From Candidatus Vogelbacteria bacterium (GTDB lineage Bacteria > Patescibacteriota > Minisyncoccia > Phycocordibacterales > XYD1-FULL-46-19), in NCBI GenBank assembly GCA_016188295.1, contig JACPIA010000004.1, forward strand, positions 108,478 through 162,967: 54,490 nucleotides of DNA. Reading direction: 5' to 3'. The notes beneath the pieces are model-generated. The model ran no database searches. It worked only from the letters and a program-made list of their open reading frames with translations, and was not told the origin of the DNA. The number at the start of each line of letters is the position of its first letter. The first letter of the stretch is position 1. This document shows positions 27,560 to 36,584 of the stretch, one piece after another. The position numbers and the translations under genes were made by a program.

Positions 27560-28333
27560 TTAGATGCTATTCAATCGTTTCTCAGCAACTTTTATATATT
27601 TATCCTCAGTCTCAACGCCTATCCACTTTCTACCTAAACGTTTGGCTACAGCAGCGGTTGTACCGCTTCCCAGGAAGGGATCGAGGACAATGTCGCCTTT
27701 GTTGCTGCTAGCAAGAATAACCCTCTCGAGAAGGTTTTCTGGCTTCTGTGTCGGATGAGCTGATCGACCGGTTTTATCCTTCACTCGTTCTTTACCCTGT
27801 ACAATAGGCATAATCCAGAGATCGCGCATTTGTTTTTCGGACCCATCCTTAGCTTTATCGGGGTTCATCTTTTTGATAACAGAGTAATTAAATACCCATT
27901 TCTTACCCTTCGAGAAAAATAATATGTATTCGCAAGAATGAGTAAAGGTGCGTCGAGTCATGCTTGGCATAGCGTTATTCTTGTGCCAGGTAATAATATT
28001 CCTTGGAATGAATCCGAGAGTCTTAAGAGTCATGACTAGCTCACCGATATTGTGATACGTACAGGAGATATAAATACTGCCAGTCGGTTTTAAGACTCTT
28101 TTGCAGGCCTCTATCCATTCTTTGGTAAATTTTAGGTACTCAGCTTCGGTCATCTGGTCCCACTTTTCGTTAACCATGAACCAATCTCCGCCCGTTTTAT
28201 TTCCTTCCCATTTAAGACCATTTCCCGAAAGGTTGTATGGAGGATCGGCAAAAATCAAATCCACGCTTTCTTCCGGGATGTCTTTATTCAATATTGTCCG
28301 GCAATCGCCTTTGTGAATGGTGTTTAGCTTCAT
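27560..28333 (-). CDS. beta-class DNA N6-adenine (possibly N4-cytosine) methyltransferase, HinfI/CcrM-like (M2)
   Basis: Motif IV IFADPPYN precedes HPTQKP and motif I DPFLGSGTTAAVA (beta order). An ATGA overlap couples it to the upstream REase stop. Confidence 0.85.
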   Translation of the reverse strand: MKLNTIHKGDCRTILNKDIPEESVDLIFADPPYNLSGNGLKWEGNKTGGDWFMVNEKWDQMTEAEYLKFTKEWIEACKRVLKPTGSIYISCTYHNIGELVMTLKTLGFIPRNIITWHKNNAMPSMTRRTFTHSCEYILFFSKGKKWVFNYSVIKKMNPDKAKDGSEKQMRDLWIMPIVQGKERVKDKTGRSAHPTQKPENLLERVILASSNKGDIVLDPFLGSGTTAAVAKRLGRKWIGVETEDKYIKVAEKRLNSI

Positions 28334-30147
28334 ACTTGTGCTGATAAAATTTCTCTAGACCATTGTTCGACGACTCCAGGTATTTGTGAGGTCCAAATGT
28401 CAGAGCTAGGTGCGGTGCTGGTCAAGTTGATTATGGAATCGTAAAGATTCATAAGTTGCCGGTGATCAAGTCGTTGACCACGGTCTTTGATTGCGATAAT
28501 CGCTTCCAATAATTTTGTGAGTTCGTTAATTGTCAACGGCACAATCTTTTGTCGACGTCCTTCATATTCGTATTTAACAGCTGTCCAGAAAGTGTTTACT
28601 GTATCTCTGTGCAAAGTCGGAGCGACAAATAAACAGTAAGTATCTTTACTATTATTTGCGTCCTCGAAGTCCCTCAGATGTCTCATTACTGGCTGACCTT
28701 CCTGCATCCACTGAGCACGGTTAGTAAGCATAGTAACCTCACATACTCCGTTGAAGGCATCATAGAAACATTCGATATCTGGTTTGTTTGCCGGGGCAGT
28801 AAAGGTTGGCTGGTTATCGTCTCCTACCGGATAATTTGGCTTGATTGCAAGTGCGTCATTAATGGCATTCAAAGCTAAGATAGCTAAATGTTCAAGCTCA
28901 ATACTCTTTTTCTCTTTGGACTGTCGGATGTTGCGTAGCCGATCTATGTATTCTCTAACTTTATCGACATTTTGAGATACAAAATGATCTTCAGTTTCTT
29001 GAAGAGTTCTACGGTAATCCCTCAATTCACCGACATATACTTTTAGTTGTTCAACTGAAAGACGATCGGTGTTCTTAAATTCAAAATTAGGTATTTGTAT
29101 TCTTTGTTCTCTGAGCTGGTTTTGATACTGCCTAATATCATCAGCAGTATAGTTGCTGATTCGCACCAATTCTGTTTGAGTTTCCCAAGGCAGAATCGGC
29201 AGATTGATGTCAGAAATGTAATCAATGTATTCTTCCGCTGTAAAATCTTGGCTTGAACCATTGTCCGTCTCCAATATCTTTTGAATTTCAATACTTCTCC
29301 TTGGCTCAAGATCAATGTAATAGCCGTTGCCACGTAAGTGGAAGTATCTGGTCATTCGGAAATAACGACGAATATTGTCGCCGTAGTCCCTGGCATGTTC
29401 CATATTTTCAAAATCTTCAAAGTTTTCGCTTACATAACTATGGATGTACGCTTGCTTTTCTCTTTCATTTGCAAGTCTTTCGAGGCCCGTTCGGAATTCT
29501 AATACCTTACGAGCTTGGGCCTGAATATTTTGATAGCTAATAAGTGTAGGAATAAAAATATCAAATTCAACCTGAGAAAGCCCTTTTTCTGTAAGTCCGC
29601 GCTCGTGACAAATTTTATTTACTTCATTGATGAGATGGAGCGTCGCAATGAAAGGTTTAATGTCATACCCGTCTTCAACCTTAAAATCTCTTGAAAGAGG
29701 ATTCGGTAATTGCCATTTAAGAAAACTCTTGAAGAACATTTCACCAAGATCGGCATCTTCTTCCAGCAGGTACTCTCCAAAAGAAGTTATCCGAATCCGA
29801 CCCTGATCATCTATTTTCGCCAATCCCATCTTCTTAATCGGATTGAACGATTGTCGACCACGCATATCACCAGCTCCTACATAATTTCTAGCATTCAAAA
29901 TTTCTTCAGCCTGTTCGTAGGTAAGTGTCTCTGAATTTTCCAATAATTCTCTGTGTTCTCGAGAGAGATTGTTTGTAAACTGCTTGTTCCCAGCACCATA
30001 TAATTTATGTTGAATCAAAAGAATTTGGAATCGTCTTTGAGTATCATGATTCCAAACCTCGCCATCTAATGGCTTAAGGGCAACCAGAAAGTTCCTGATT
30101 CTCTCTGGGTTTCTAACCGTTGTTGATATGCTCCAAATTTTTTTCAT
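28330..30147 (-). CDS. AlwI / N.BstNBI / MlyI / PleI-family type IIS-like restriction or nicking endonuclease
   Basis: N-terminus WSISTTVRNPERIRNFL; mid RRYFRMTRYFHLRGNGYYIDLEP; C-terminus PDIECFY..CEVT..YCLFVAPTL. These parallel what I recall of N.BstNBI (TRYFRYTGLFVARGNQLVLNPE; PDMEIIY..GEVT..YCLFIAPEI). Confidence 0.7.
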   Translation of the reverse strand: MKKIWSISTTVRNPERIRNFLVALKPLDGEVWNHDTQRRFQILLIQHKLYGAGNKQFTNNLSREHRELLENSETLTYEQAEEILNARNYVGAGDMRGRQSFNPIKKMGLAKIDDQGRIRITSFGEYLLEEDADLGEMFFKSFLKWQLPNPLSRDFKVEDGYDIKPFIATLHLINEVNKICHERGLTEKGLSQVEFDIFIPTLISYQNIQAQARKVLEFRTGLERLANEREKQAYIHSYVSENFEDFENMEHARDYGDNIRRYFRMTRYFHLRGNGYYIDLEPRRSIEIQKILETDNGSSQDFTAEEYIDYISDINLPILPWETQTELVRISNYTADDIRQYQNQLREQRIQIPNFEFKNTDRLSVEQLKVYVGELRDYRRTLQETEDHFVSQNVDKVREYIDRLRNIRQSKEKKSIELEHLAILALNAINDALAIKPNYPVGDDNQPTFTAPANKPDIECFYDAFNGVCEVTMLTNRAQWMQEGQPVMRHLRDFEDANNSKDTYCLFVAPTLHRDTVNTFWTAVKYEYEGRRQKIVPLTINELTKLLEAIIAIKDRGQRLDHRQLMNLYDSIINLTSTAPSSDIWTSQIPGVVEQWSREILSAQV

Positions 30148-30154
30148 AGATTTA

Positions 30155-31849
30155 TTATTTACCTGTAACTTTGCAGTAAAATACTCGCTCGGTATGGCCC
30201 AGTGCTTCGCTTTTACCGGTAGTAAATGCTTTATATTCTCGCTCGAAGACTTCGACTTCTCCTCGCTCCTTCAAAATCTCAATAATCCTGTGATCTGGTA
30301 TTTTAGCATTGGATCGTTCGTTCATTTTCTCGCCGGTATTGTTGTATGAGACTAGAATATGTTTTGTTTTTGCGTTCTGTATCAAGTCTTCGAAAGCGTG
30401 AACCGCACCTTTTAAACAGTAGCGACTTTTTAAATGTGCGCGGTCTACCATTTTTTTGCCTATGCCCTCAACTTTTGGTTTCTCCCAGGTAGCAATATTC
30501 TCTAGTAGATGGTAGGAATCTCCATACTGCCTTGAATTGTATGGCGGATCAATATAAAGCACATCACACGCGATTTCTCTAATCAATTGGTTTGCGTCTT
30601 TTTGATGAACTTCGTTGTTAAGATTGTTTTTCACATCAATGCCCGGCATTAAAAGTCGCAGGCTCTGTATCGTATCAAGTTTCTTTCTATAGGTCTCATA
30701 ATGGCCAACAGTATTAGCCACTTTATCAATTGCGTAAATTAATGAGGTCAACAGAATATTTTTCTCTTCTTGGTCGATCTCCCCATCTTTACATAGTTTT
30801 TCTATTTCTTCTCTGACCGCTCCAATTTTCTGTGCATTTTCCTTAGTAAAATAAGAGCCGCCAAAAATCTCCGATACGTAATTCTCTTTCTTCGGCTGGA
30901 GGTTATTTAAATGTTCGATGATGTTTGATATTTTTTCTTCGTTGTAATTTTTAGTGTTCAGCCAGCATTGGAGAGATGTAAAGCTGCTATCAAGAATATC
31001 GTTCGAGATGATTTTGGTATCTGGCCTATTGAAGTAATGTCCAACAACTCCGGTACCCGCAAAGATATCGCAAAAGCTGTAATAGCCACGACATTTATCA
31101 GCTACTATGTCTCCTATAAAACCGAGGAGTTTAGTTTTGTTGCCCAAAAACCTTCGGTTATGTATTTGAAGTAATCGTTGTTCGCTTTTTTGAGGATAGA
31201 CGAACAGGGGGAGCTGGGCCGGTTTAGGTAGAGAATCGAACCTGTTTCGTAATACGCCCGTGACTTTGCCTCTGATCTCGACATTCTTAGTGAGTATAGG
31301 TTTATAACTTTCATTGGCTGGCTGAAGTCTGATACCGTTTTTTTCTTTGTAGATTCTTTTAAGAGTAGCTTCGTTTCCATTTATAATAGCCACGCCGATC
31401 TCGCCATTATCAACCACTGGTTGTTCGCGGACAATCACAGTATCACTATCAAAAATTCCGGCGTCCTGCATACTGTCTCCGCGAACTTTTAATGCATAGT
31501 GTCGGGCATGGCCTGATGTAAAATCCTTAGGCACGGAAATAGTTTCTGGTATTTCTATGGCCTCTATTGGTTCACCGGCCGCGATCATACCCAGCAGAGG
31601 GATTTCTATAAAATTATTTGAGCCTCCTTCCGTTCGGCCATTAACCTCAATAGCTCGAGCAAGATTGTCGAATTTTTTTATATAACCTTTATCAATGAGA
31701 GCATTAATATGCTGATGAACTGTTGATACAGCAGAAAGGCGTAGTTTTTTCTTTATTTCTTCCAGAGTCGGAGAGTAGCCCTGATCATCAATGAAAGTTT
31801 TTACGAAGTCTAAGACTTCTTTTTGTCGTTTAGTGACTGGAATACCCAT
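30155..31849 (-). CDS. fusion protein: complete LexA (wHTH plus S24 autopeptidase) joined to an alpha-class (Dam/D12-like) DNA N6-adenine methyltransferase (M1)
   Basis: Residues 1 to about 205 align to LexA: RQKEVLDFV..SPTLEEI, cleavage-site AAGEP, Ser in VRGDSM, Lys in TLKRIY. Residues from about 225 to 564 hold RFLGNKTKLL, motif I DIFAGTGVVG and motif IV YIDPPYNSRQY. Confidence 0.8.
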   Translation of the reverse strand: MGIPVTKRQKEVLDFVKTFIDDQGYSPTLEEIKKKLRLSAVSTVHQHINALIDKGYIKKFDNLARAIEVNGRTEGGSNNFIEIPLLGMIAAGEPIEAIEIPETISVPKDFTSGHARHYALKVRGDSMQDAGIFDSDTVIVREQPVVDNGEIGVAIINGNEATLKRIYKEKNGIRLQPANESYKPILTKNVEIRGKVTGVLRNRFDSLPKPAQLPLFVYPQKSEQRLLQIHNRRFLGNKTKLLGFIGDIVADKCRGYYSFCDIFAGTGVVGHYFNRPDTKIISNDILDSSFTSLQCWLNTKNYNEEKISNIIEHLNNLQPKKENYVSEIFGGSYFTKENAQKIGAVREEIEKLCKDGEIDQEEKNILLTSLIYAIDKVANTVGHYETYRKKLDTIQSLRLLMPGIDVKNNLNNEVHQKDANQLIREIACDVLYIDPPYNSRQYGDSYHLLENIATWEKPKVEGIGKKMVDRAHLKSRYCLKGAVHAFEDLIQNAKTKHILVSYNNTGEKMNERSNAKIPDHRIIEILKERGEVEVFEREYKAFTTGKSEALGHTERVFYCKVTGK

Positions 31850-31951
31850 AAGTTTGATTGATGCTTAAAGCTGAAAGTGCTATATTTCTAGTATACCGAA
31901 AATCTTACGAAAACGGAAGCGAGTCGGTTGTGGATTACTAAAGTAGCGAAT

Positions 31952-32749
31952 ATGGAATTAGAACCATTTAAATTGCCTGCCCTTGAAGCACTGGCAAAAA
32001 TAATCGGAGATAACTACACCGGGTCGGAAATATCCGAGCTTTTTCGTAAAGCAGGCTTTTCGGAGATATCACACGATGGTGGCACGAAGTGGCGATTTGT
32101 TTATGCTGCCCTGGAAGCGATGCAAAAACAGACTTACGGTACGTTTAATATCGCGAAGCTGATTCAACAACTTTGTGATCCGCAAGAGTATTTTTCGGCT
32201 CCAGAAAAACACGAGGTCATTTGTAAACAAGTGAACCAAATTTTAAGGTTTTACGGCTTGCTGGTTGGTGATGATGGGAAGCTACGGAAGTCTGGGGAGA
32301 AGGTCACATCTTTATCAAAATCCATACCGGAAAACGCCAAAATCTTTGATGACCGTAAATTCCACAATAAAATTTCCCAGCATGCTCGCAAGTTATTTAC
32401 CGAGGGCAATTATTTTCATGCAGTTTTTGAATGCTGCAAGGTCTATGACAAAGAGATCCAAGAAAAGTCTCAGATGTCTGAGTACGGATCGCGATTAATG
32501 GAAAGTGCTCTTTCGCTTACCGGTACGCTTAAGCTGAACGCGCAACAAACAAGAACTGAAAAGAATGAACAAGAGGGTGTTATGCATCTTTCGGTAGGTC
32601 TAATGCGGGCCATCCGCAACCCCCAAGCCCACGAGCCAGCACTTGATTGGCCTATTGACCGAGAAGCGGCTTTGGATCTGTTGTCGTTTTTGAATTTTCT
32701 TTTTAACAAAATAGATAAGACAATTTATTTTAATCAAAAATCAAATTAA
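31952..32749 (+). CDS. Ymh/TIGR02391-like protein (265 aa from the ATG at 31952)
   Basis: The C-terminal LSVGLMRAIRNPQAHEP..DREAALDLLSFLNFLFNKID matches my memory of the Hypoth_Ymh (RNxxAH) domain. The N-terminal half is unassigned. Confidence 0.55.
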   Translation: MELEPFKLPALEALAKIIGDNYTGSEISELFRKAGFSEISHDGGTKWRFVYAALEAMQKQTYGTFNIAKLIQQLCDPQEYFSAPEKHEVICKQVNQILRFYGLLVGDDGKLRKSGEKVTSLSKSIPENAKIFDDRKFHNKISQHARKLFTEGNYFHAVFECCKVYDKEIQEKSQMSEYGSRLMESALSLTGTLKLNAQQTRTEKNEQEGVMHLSVGLMRAIRNPQAHEPALDWPIDREAALDLLSFLNFLFNKIDKTIYFNQKSN

Positions 32750-32753
32750 CGTT

Positions 32754-35700
32754 ATGAGCAACTTTTCAGATACAAGAGGTTCAATATGGCGAAAGTGGGA
32801 CCTGCACGTCCACACACCAGGCACCAAAAAGAATGACCAGTATAAAGCCGATAATGGTGCGGATGTCTGGGATATCTTTTGTAAGAAGATCGAGGATTCT
32901 GATGTTCAGGCCGTGGGCATTACAGACTACTTTTCAGCTGATAGTTACTTCAACTTCTTAGGTAAATTTGGAGCAAAATATCCCGACTCCCAAAAGGCTT
33001 TCTTTCCGAATATTGAACTTTGTACCAACGATGTTGTAAATGCCGGGAACGAAGAAGTAAACTTGCATCTAGTCTTTAATCCATCGGCCCCGGAAATAGA
33101 TGCAAAAATTAGGACATTTCTCCAGAGTCTAAAGACAAATAAGACTGTGTCAGGAGGTCGCAATATAAAAGCCTCTGAGCTTTCGTCGCAGACTGATTAC
33201 GAAGAAGCAACAACTACCCGACAATTTATCGAAGAGGCCTTGAGTGAAACTTTTGGCGACAAAGTTGACTTAACGGAATATGTGATCGTGTTGACTGCTG
33301 TAAACGGAGATGGTCTACGGACCGAGACCGAAGATGTAGGCGGCAAGAGGCGAGGTAAAAAAAGAAAAGCTGTCATCACTGATGAGCTTGATAAATTCAG
33401 TAACGGTTTTTTTGGGAATTCTGGCAATACAGCTTATTTTCTTAATAAGGACAGGTTTGAAACTGATGAAGAAATTGAGCCGAAACCTGTTGTTACCGGA
33501 AGCGATGCCCATTCTTTCGCAGATCTCGATGAATGGCTTGGTAAGATTGTTCTTAAGGACGGCGTAGTTATTAAACAATCCGTATGGATTAAAGCTGACC
33601 TTACCTTTGAAGGATTGCGTCAGATAATTTTTGAACCCGAATGTCGAGTATTTATAGGAGAGGAACCGGATACAGAAATTCGAGCACGTTCAAATCCCAG
33701 AAAATTTATAGAGTCAATTCGCATTACGCACATTTCGGGATACGACGGTCGATGTGGTACTTGGTTCAAGGACGAGAATATCCCCTTAAATAAGGAGCTG
33801 GTTGCGATTATCGGGAATAAAGGCAGCGGAAAAAGTGCGCTTACCGATGTCATTGGGCTTCTAGGAAACAGTCATAACCAGAAATATGAGGTGTCGAATG
33901 GTAAAACCGAAGAGCTTTTTTCTTTTTTGAACAAAGAGAAATTTTTAAAGGGACACTGTGCGGCAAATTTTAATGGCGAGCTCCATTGGTATGCCGGTGA
34001 CCCCGATGTGAGATTATTGAATGCCGAAACAGATATTAGTGTTTTGGAGAATGTAGAGTACCTGCCTCAGAAGTATCTCGAAAAAATATGCTCCAATATC
34101 GAAGACGATGAATTCCGGCACAAACTAAATGAAGTTATTTTTGGCTACGTTGAAGATAAAGACCGTTACGGGAAAACTAGCCTTGAAGCCCTAATAGACT
34201 ACCTATCAAATCAAACTCGGGAGGATATAGCGTTAGCTCAACATACGCTCCATGAAGAGAATGAGAAAGTGGTTGCCGCAGAGAAAAAACTCTCCTTAGA
34301 TTACCGTAAAGAAGTTGCAGATAAGATTCGTTTACGCAATGAGGAATCCGCTGCGCATGACAAAACTAAGCCTACGGTCGTTCCGAAACCAGTTGAAGGC
34401 GGAGATGTAGCAACAAAAAACGCAGCTGATATAGCTAAGATTGAAACAGAGATCGCTGCTCTTGATTCGAGCATTCGAGAATTACAGAAAGAGCAAACCG
34501 CAGTTTCAAAGGACGCTGAGGAGCTTCGGCAGCTTAAACAGACAATTGAACGGCAGGTTAAAGCCATATCTGATCTAAAACCAAAATATGACGCGCTTTT
34601 AACTGCCTCCGGTATAAGGTTCGACGACCTTGTTACGTTTTCTGCAAAATACGAGAAACTTGATGAGGTGGTCCAAAACAAGGCTAGCAGGATTGGTGAA
34701 ATTGAAATTCAGCTCAGAACGGAAGAATCTGTTGCTAGTCTTGATCCTGTGTTGAGAGAAAATGCGGAAAAACAAAGTCTGGTATGTAAGCGTTCACAAC
34801 TTGAAAAACAGCGTAAAGAAATTATTGATCAGCTTGATAAGCCAAACCGCGAATACCAGGCATATCTTAAAGAAGAAGCAAAGTGGCAAAAGCGTAAGCA
34901 AGAGATTGATGGTGATAACGCTACACCTGATCCGGAAACACTCAACGGGCTGAAGCAAGAGTTAGAACGGATTACCAGCGTTTATCCCGAAGAGCTTCGG
35001 CTTGTGCGTAATAGTAGGGACCAAGCAAGTAAGGCTGTTCTTCAGAAAAAAGAAATACTGATTTCCTTCTATAACTCTGTTAAGCAATCAATAGATAAAG
35101 AGATCGAACGATATGCTGAAGATCTGGGCGACTATGAAATTTCGATTGAAGCAAGTTTGCGTTTCGATACGATTTTCCATGATGAGTTTTTTAAATATAT
35201 TAATCAAGGTGTAAAAGGCAGCTTCTATGGCTATGAAGAAGGCAAAACGCTTTTGAAACAACTTACGGAAAAAGTGAATGATTGGGAAAATGAGAACGAG
35301 GTCATTGCGACGCTGCAGAGCGTGGTATCACATTTGGATAGCGACGAACGTGAGGGTTTAGCTTCTGACGGTAAAGCTCGGGATGTTTTTCGACAAATGA
35401 AGCAAGGTAAAAATCCAGTGGATTTTTACGATTTTCTTTTCGGATTCGGATACCTTCAGACAAAATATGATCTTCGTGTTGATGGAAAAGACTTGAGTGA
35501 ACTTTCGCCAGGCGAGCGAGGAGGACTCCTTCTCATTTTCTACCTCATGCTTGATAGAAGGGATATACCTCTCGTAATAGACCAGCCCGAGGATAATCTG
35601 GACAACAAGAGTGTTTATGAGATTCTCGTCACCTTCCTAAAGAAAGCAAAAAAGCGTCGCCAAATAATTATGGCCACACATAATCCCAATCTTGCTGTCG

Positions 35701-35894
35701 TCGCTGATGCAGAGCAGATTATTCATGTTTCCATCGACAAAAAGAATAAAAATGATTTCGACTTCTCGCCTGGTGCAATCGAAAACCCCGACACCAACAA
35801 ACGAGTAATAGATATTCTTGAGGGAACGCTTCCAGCCTTCGATAACCGCAGATTGAAATACAGGAAACAGATCAAGAATGCGCCTACTGTGTAG
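32754..35894 (+). CDS. PHP phosphoesterase domain fused to an SMC/ABC-type coiled-coil ATPase (1046 aa)
   Basis: PHP ligands WDLHVHTPG, ITDY, NIEL, NLHLVF and TGSDAHS. Walker A is IIGNKGSGKSALTD. A coiled coil of about 300 aa follows, then LSPGERGGLLL, Walker B LVIDQPEDNLD and ATHNPNL. It starts 4 nt after the Ymh-like gene. Confidence 0.8.
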   Translation: MSNFSDTRGSIWRKWDLHVHTPGTKKNDQYKADNGADVWDIFCKKIEDSDVQAVGITDYFSADSYFNFLGKFGAKYPDSQKAFFPNIELCTNDVVNAGNEEVNLHLVFNPSAPEIDAKIRTFLQSLKTNKTVSGGRNIKASELSSQTDYEEATTTRQFIEEALSETFGDKVDLTEYVIVLTAVNGDGLRTETEDVGGKRRGKKRKAVITDELDKFSNGFFGNSGNTAYFLNKDRFETDEEIEPKPVVTGSDAHSFADLDEWLGKIVLKDGVVIKQSVWIKADLTFEGLRQIIFEPECRVFIGEEPDTEIRARSNPRKFIESIRITHISGYDGRCGTWFKDENIPLNKELVAIIGNKGSGKSALTDVIGLLGNSHNQKYEVSNGKTEELFSFLNKEKFLKGHCAANFNGELHWYAGDPDVRLLNAETDISVLENVEYLPQKYLEKICSNIEDDEFRHKLNEVIFGYVEDKDRYGKTSLEALIDYLSNQTREDIALAQHTLHEENEKVVAAEKKLSLDYRKEVADKIRLRNEESAAHDKTKPTVVPKPVEGGDVATKNAADIAKIETEIAALDSSIRELQKEQTAVSKDAEELRQLKQTIERQVKAISDLKPKYDALLTASGIRFDDLVTFSAKYEKLDEVVQNKASRIGEIEIQLRTEESVASLDPVLRENAEKQSLVCKRSQLEKQRKEIIDQLDKPNREYQAYLKEEAKWQKRKQEIDGDNATPDPETLNGLKQELERITSVYPEELRLVRNSRDQASKAVLQKKEILISFYNSVKQSIDKEIERYAEDLGDYEISIEASLRFDTIFHDEFFKYINQGVKGSFYGYEEGKTLLKQLTEKVNDWENENEVIATLQSVVSHLDSDEREGLASDGKARDVFRQMKQGKNPVDFYDFLFGFGYLQTKYDLRVDGKDLSELSPGERGGLLLIFYLMLDRRDIPLVIDQPEDNLDNKSVYEILVTFLKKAKKRRQIIMATHNPNLAVVADAEQIIHVSIDKKNKNDFDFSPGAIENPDTNKRVIDILEGTLPAFDNRRLKYRKQIKNAPTV

Positions 35895-35901
35895 TTCAGA
35901 T

Positions 35902-36117
35902 TTAATGTTTAACCCTTTCCATCCACCTCATCGCTTCCTCCGTAAATGGTTCTTCTCCCCGGAGCATTTTGACGGCAGCCTCCATTTCGTAGGAGTGCCA
36001 ACCGCTTAAAATAACGGTTCTAAGTTCTCGCACAGCTCGGAGCCATAGAATCAGATACGAACTCCATTTTTGAAGACGAGAGGGTTCGCTCGCCCAGCCC
36101 CGACAATGGCTGGGCAC
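35902..36117 (-). CDS. hypothetical ORF (71 aa), possibly a gene fragment at the element edge
   Basis: ORF only. Its start is buried in a GCCCAGCC..GGCTGGGC hairpin. Confidence 0.25.
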   Translation of the reverse strand: MPSHCRGWASEPSRLQKWSSYLILWLRAVRELRTVILSGWHSYEMEAAVKMLRGEEPFTEEAMRWMERVKH

Positions 36118-36161
36118 ATCATTTCAGATTTCGCCAAGATCAGACTTATATTATATAAATA

Positions 36162-36410
36162 ATGAAAATCGCGGTTAAGGTTAAACCGAGTGCTCGAGAA
36201 GATAAGGTGGAAACACCAACACCTAAATTATTAAGTGCCGGAGATGAGTTAGAGATTTACACTGTTTGGGTTAAAGCGTTGCCGAAGAAAGGTAAAGCTA
36301 ATGATGCAACAATTAAATTATTAGCTGATCATTTTAAAGTATCGTATTCTCAAGTGCGACTTGTCTCTGGTGTTACCGGTCGACGCAAGATTTTTGAGAT
36401 ACGTGATTAA
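36162..36410 (+). CDS. DUF167 (YggU-like) protein
   Basis: KVKPSAREDKV..KGKANDATIKLLADHFKV..V.LVSG.TGRRKIFEI is the DUF167 pattern. Confidence 0.7.
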   Translation: MKIAVKVKPSAREDKVETPTPKLLSAGDELEIYTVWVKALPKKGKANDATIKLLADHFKVSYSQVRLVSGVTGRRKIFEIRD

Positions 36411-36543
36411 TTAACTTAATGGTTCCATATGGCACTCATTTTGTTTATCATGGCATCGTTAATGAAATCACAGTGATCAGGAAAATAAAAAATCATTGGT
36501 ATTACGGCTGGGGTGTCCGATTGTGGTTTTGGCCGAAGATGTT

Positions 36544-36570
36544 CATTGTCAAGGCCTCGCCTTGACAATG
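36544..36570. promoter_or_regulatory. perfect 11-bp inverted repeat CATTGTCAAGG-CCTCG-CCTTGACAATG
   Basis: Seen directly. It lies just upstream of the promoter of the 713-aa gene. Confidence 0.5.
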
Positions 36571-36584
36571 GTGATTGAACATCC

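Larger units (their letters stand above)
23650..36140. mobile_element. integrated element 1 next to tRNA-Asn (serine-recombinase type) carrying defence cargo; right end approximate
   Basis: A recombinase abuts the tRNA, followed by small backbone genes, R-M genes and an ATPase cargo. By eye the composition is mosaic (backbone more GC-rich, R-M genes AT-rich). Core-like DUF167 resumes at 36162. Confidence 0.6.

Noticed and set aside
31850-31951. Canonical SOS box in the divergent promoter region
   Set aside because: Neither a CGAAC-N4-GTTCG nor a CTGT-N8-ACAG palindrome is present. Only direct CGAAAA repeats were seen.
35895-36160. Search for a direct repeat of the tRNA-Asn 3' end marking the right border of element 1
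   Set aside because: Only trivial matches were found (TCAGATT-type 7-mers). Serine integrases do not need long repeats, so the border is left approximate.
36419-36565. 48-aa ORF (MVPYGTHFVYHGIVNEITVIRKIKNHWYYGWGV..) after the DUF167 gene
   Set aside because: It is too short, has no SD, and terminates inside the 11-bp inverted repeat. It cannot be supported from sequence alone.
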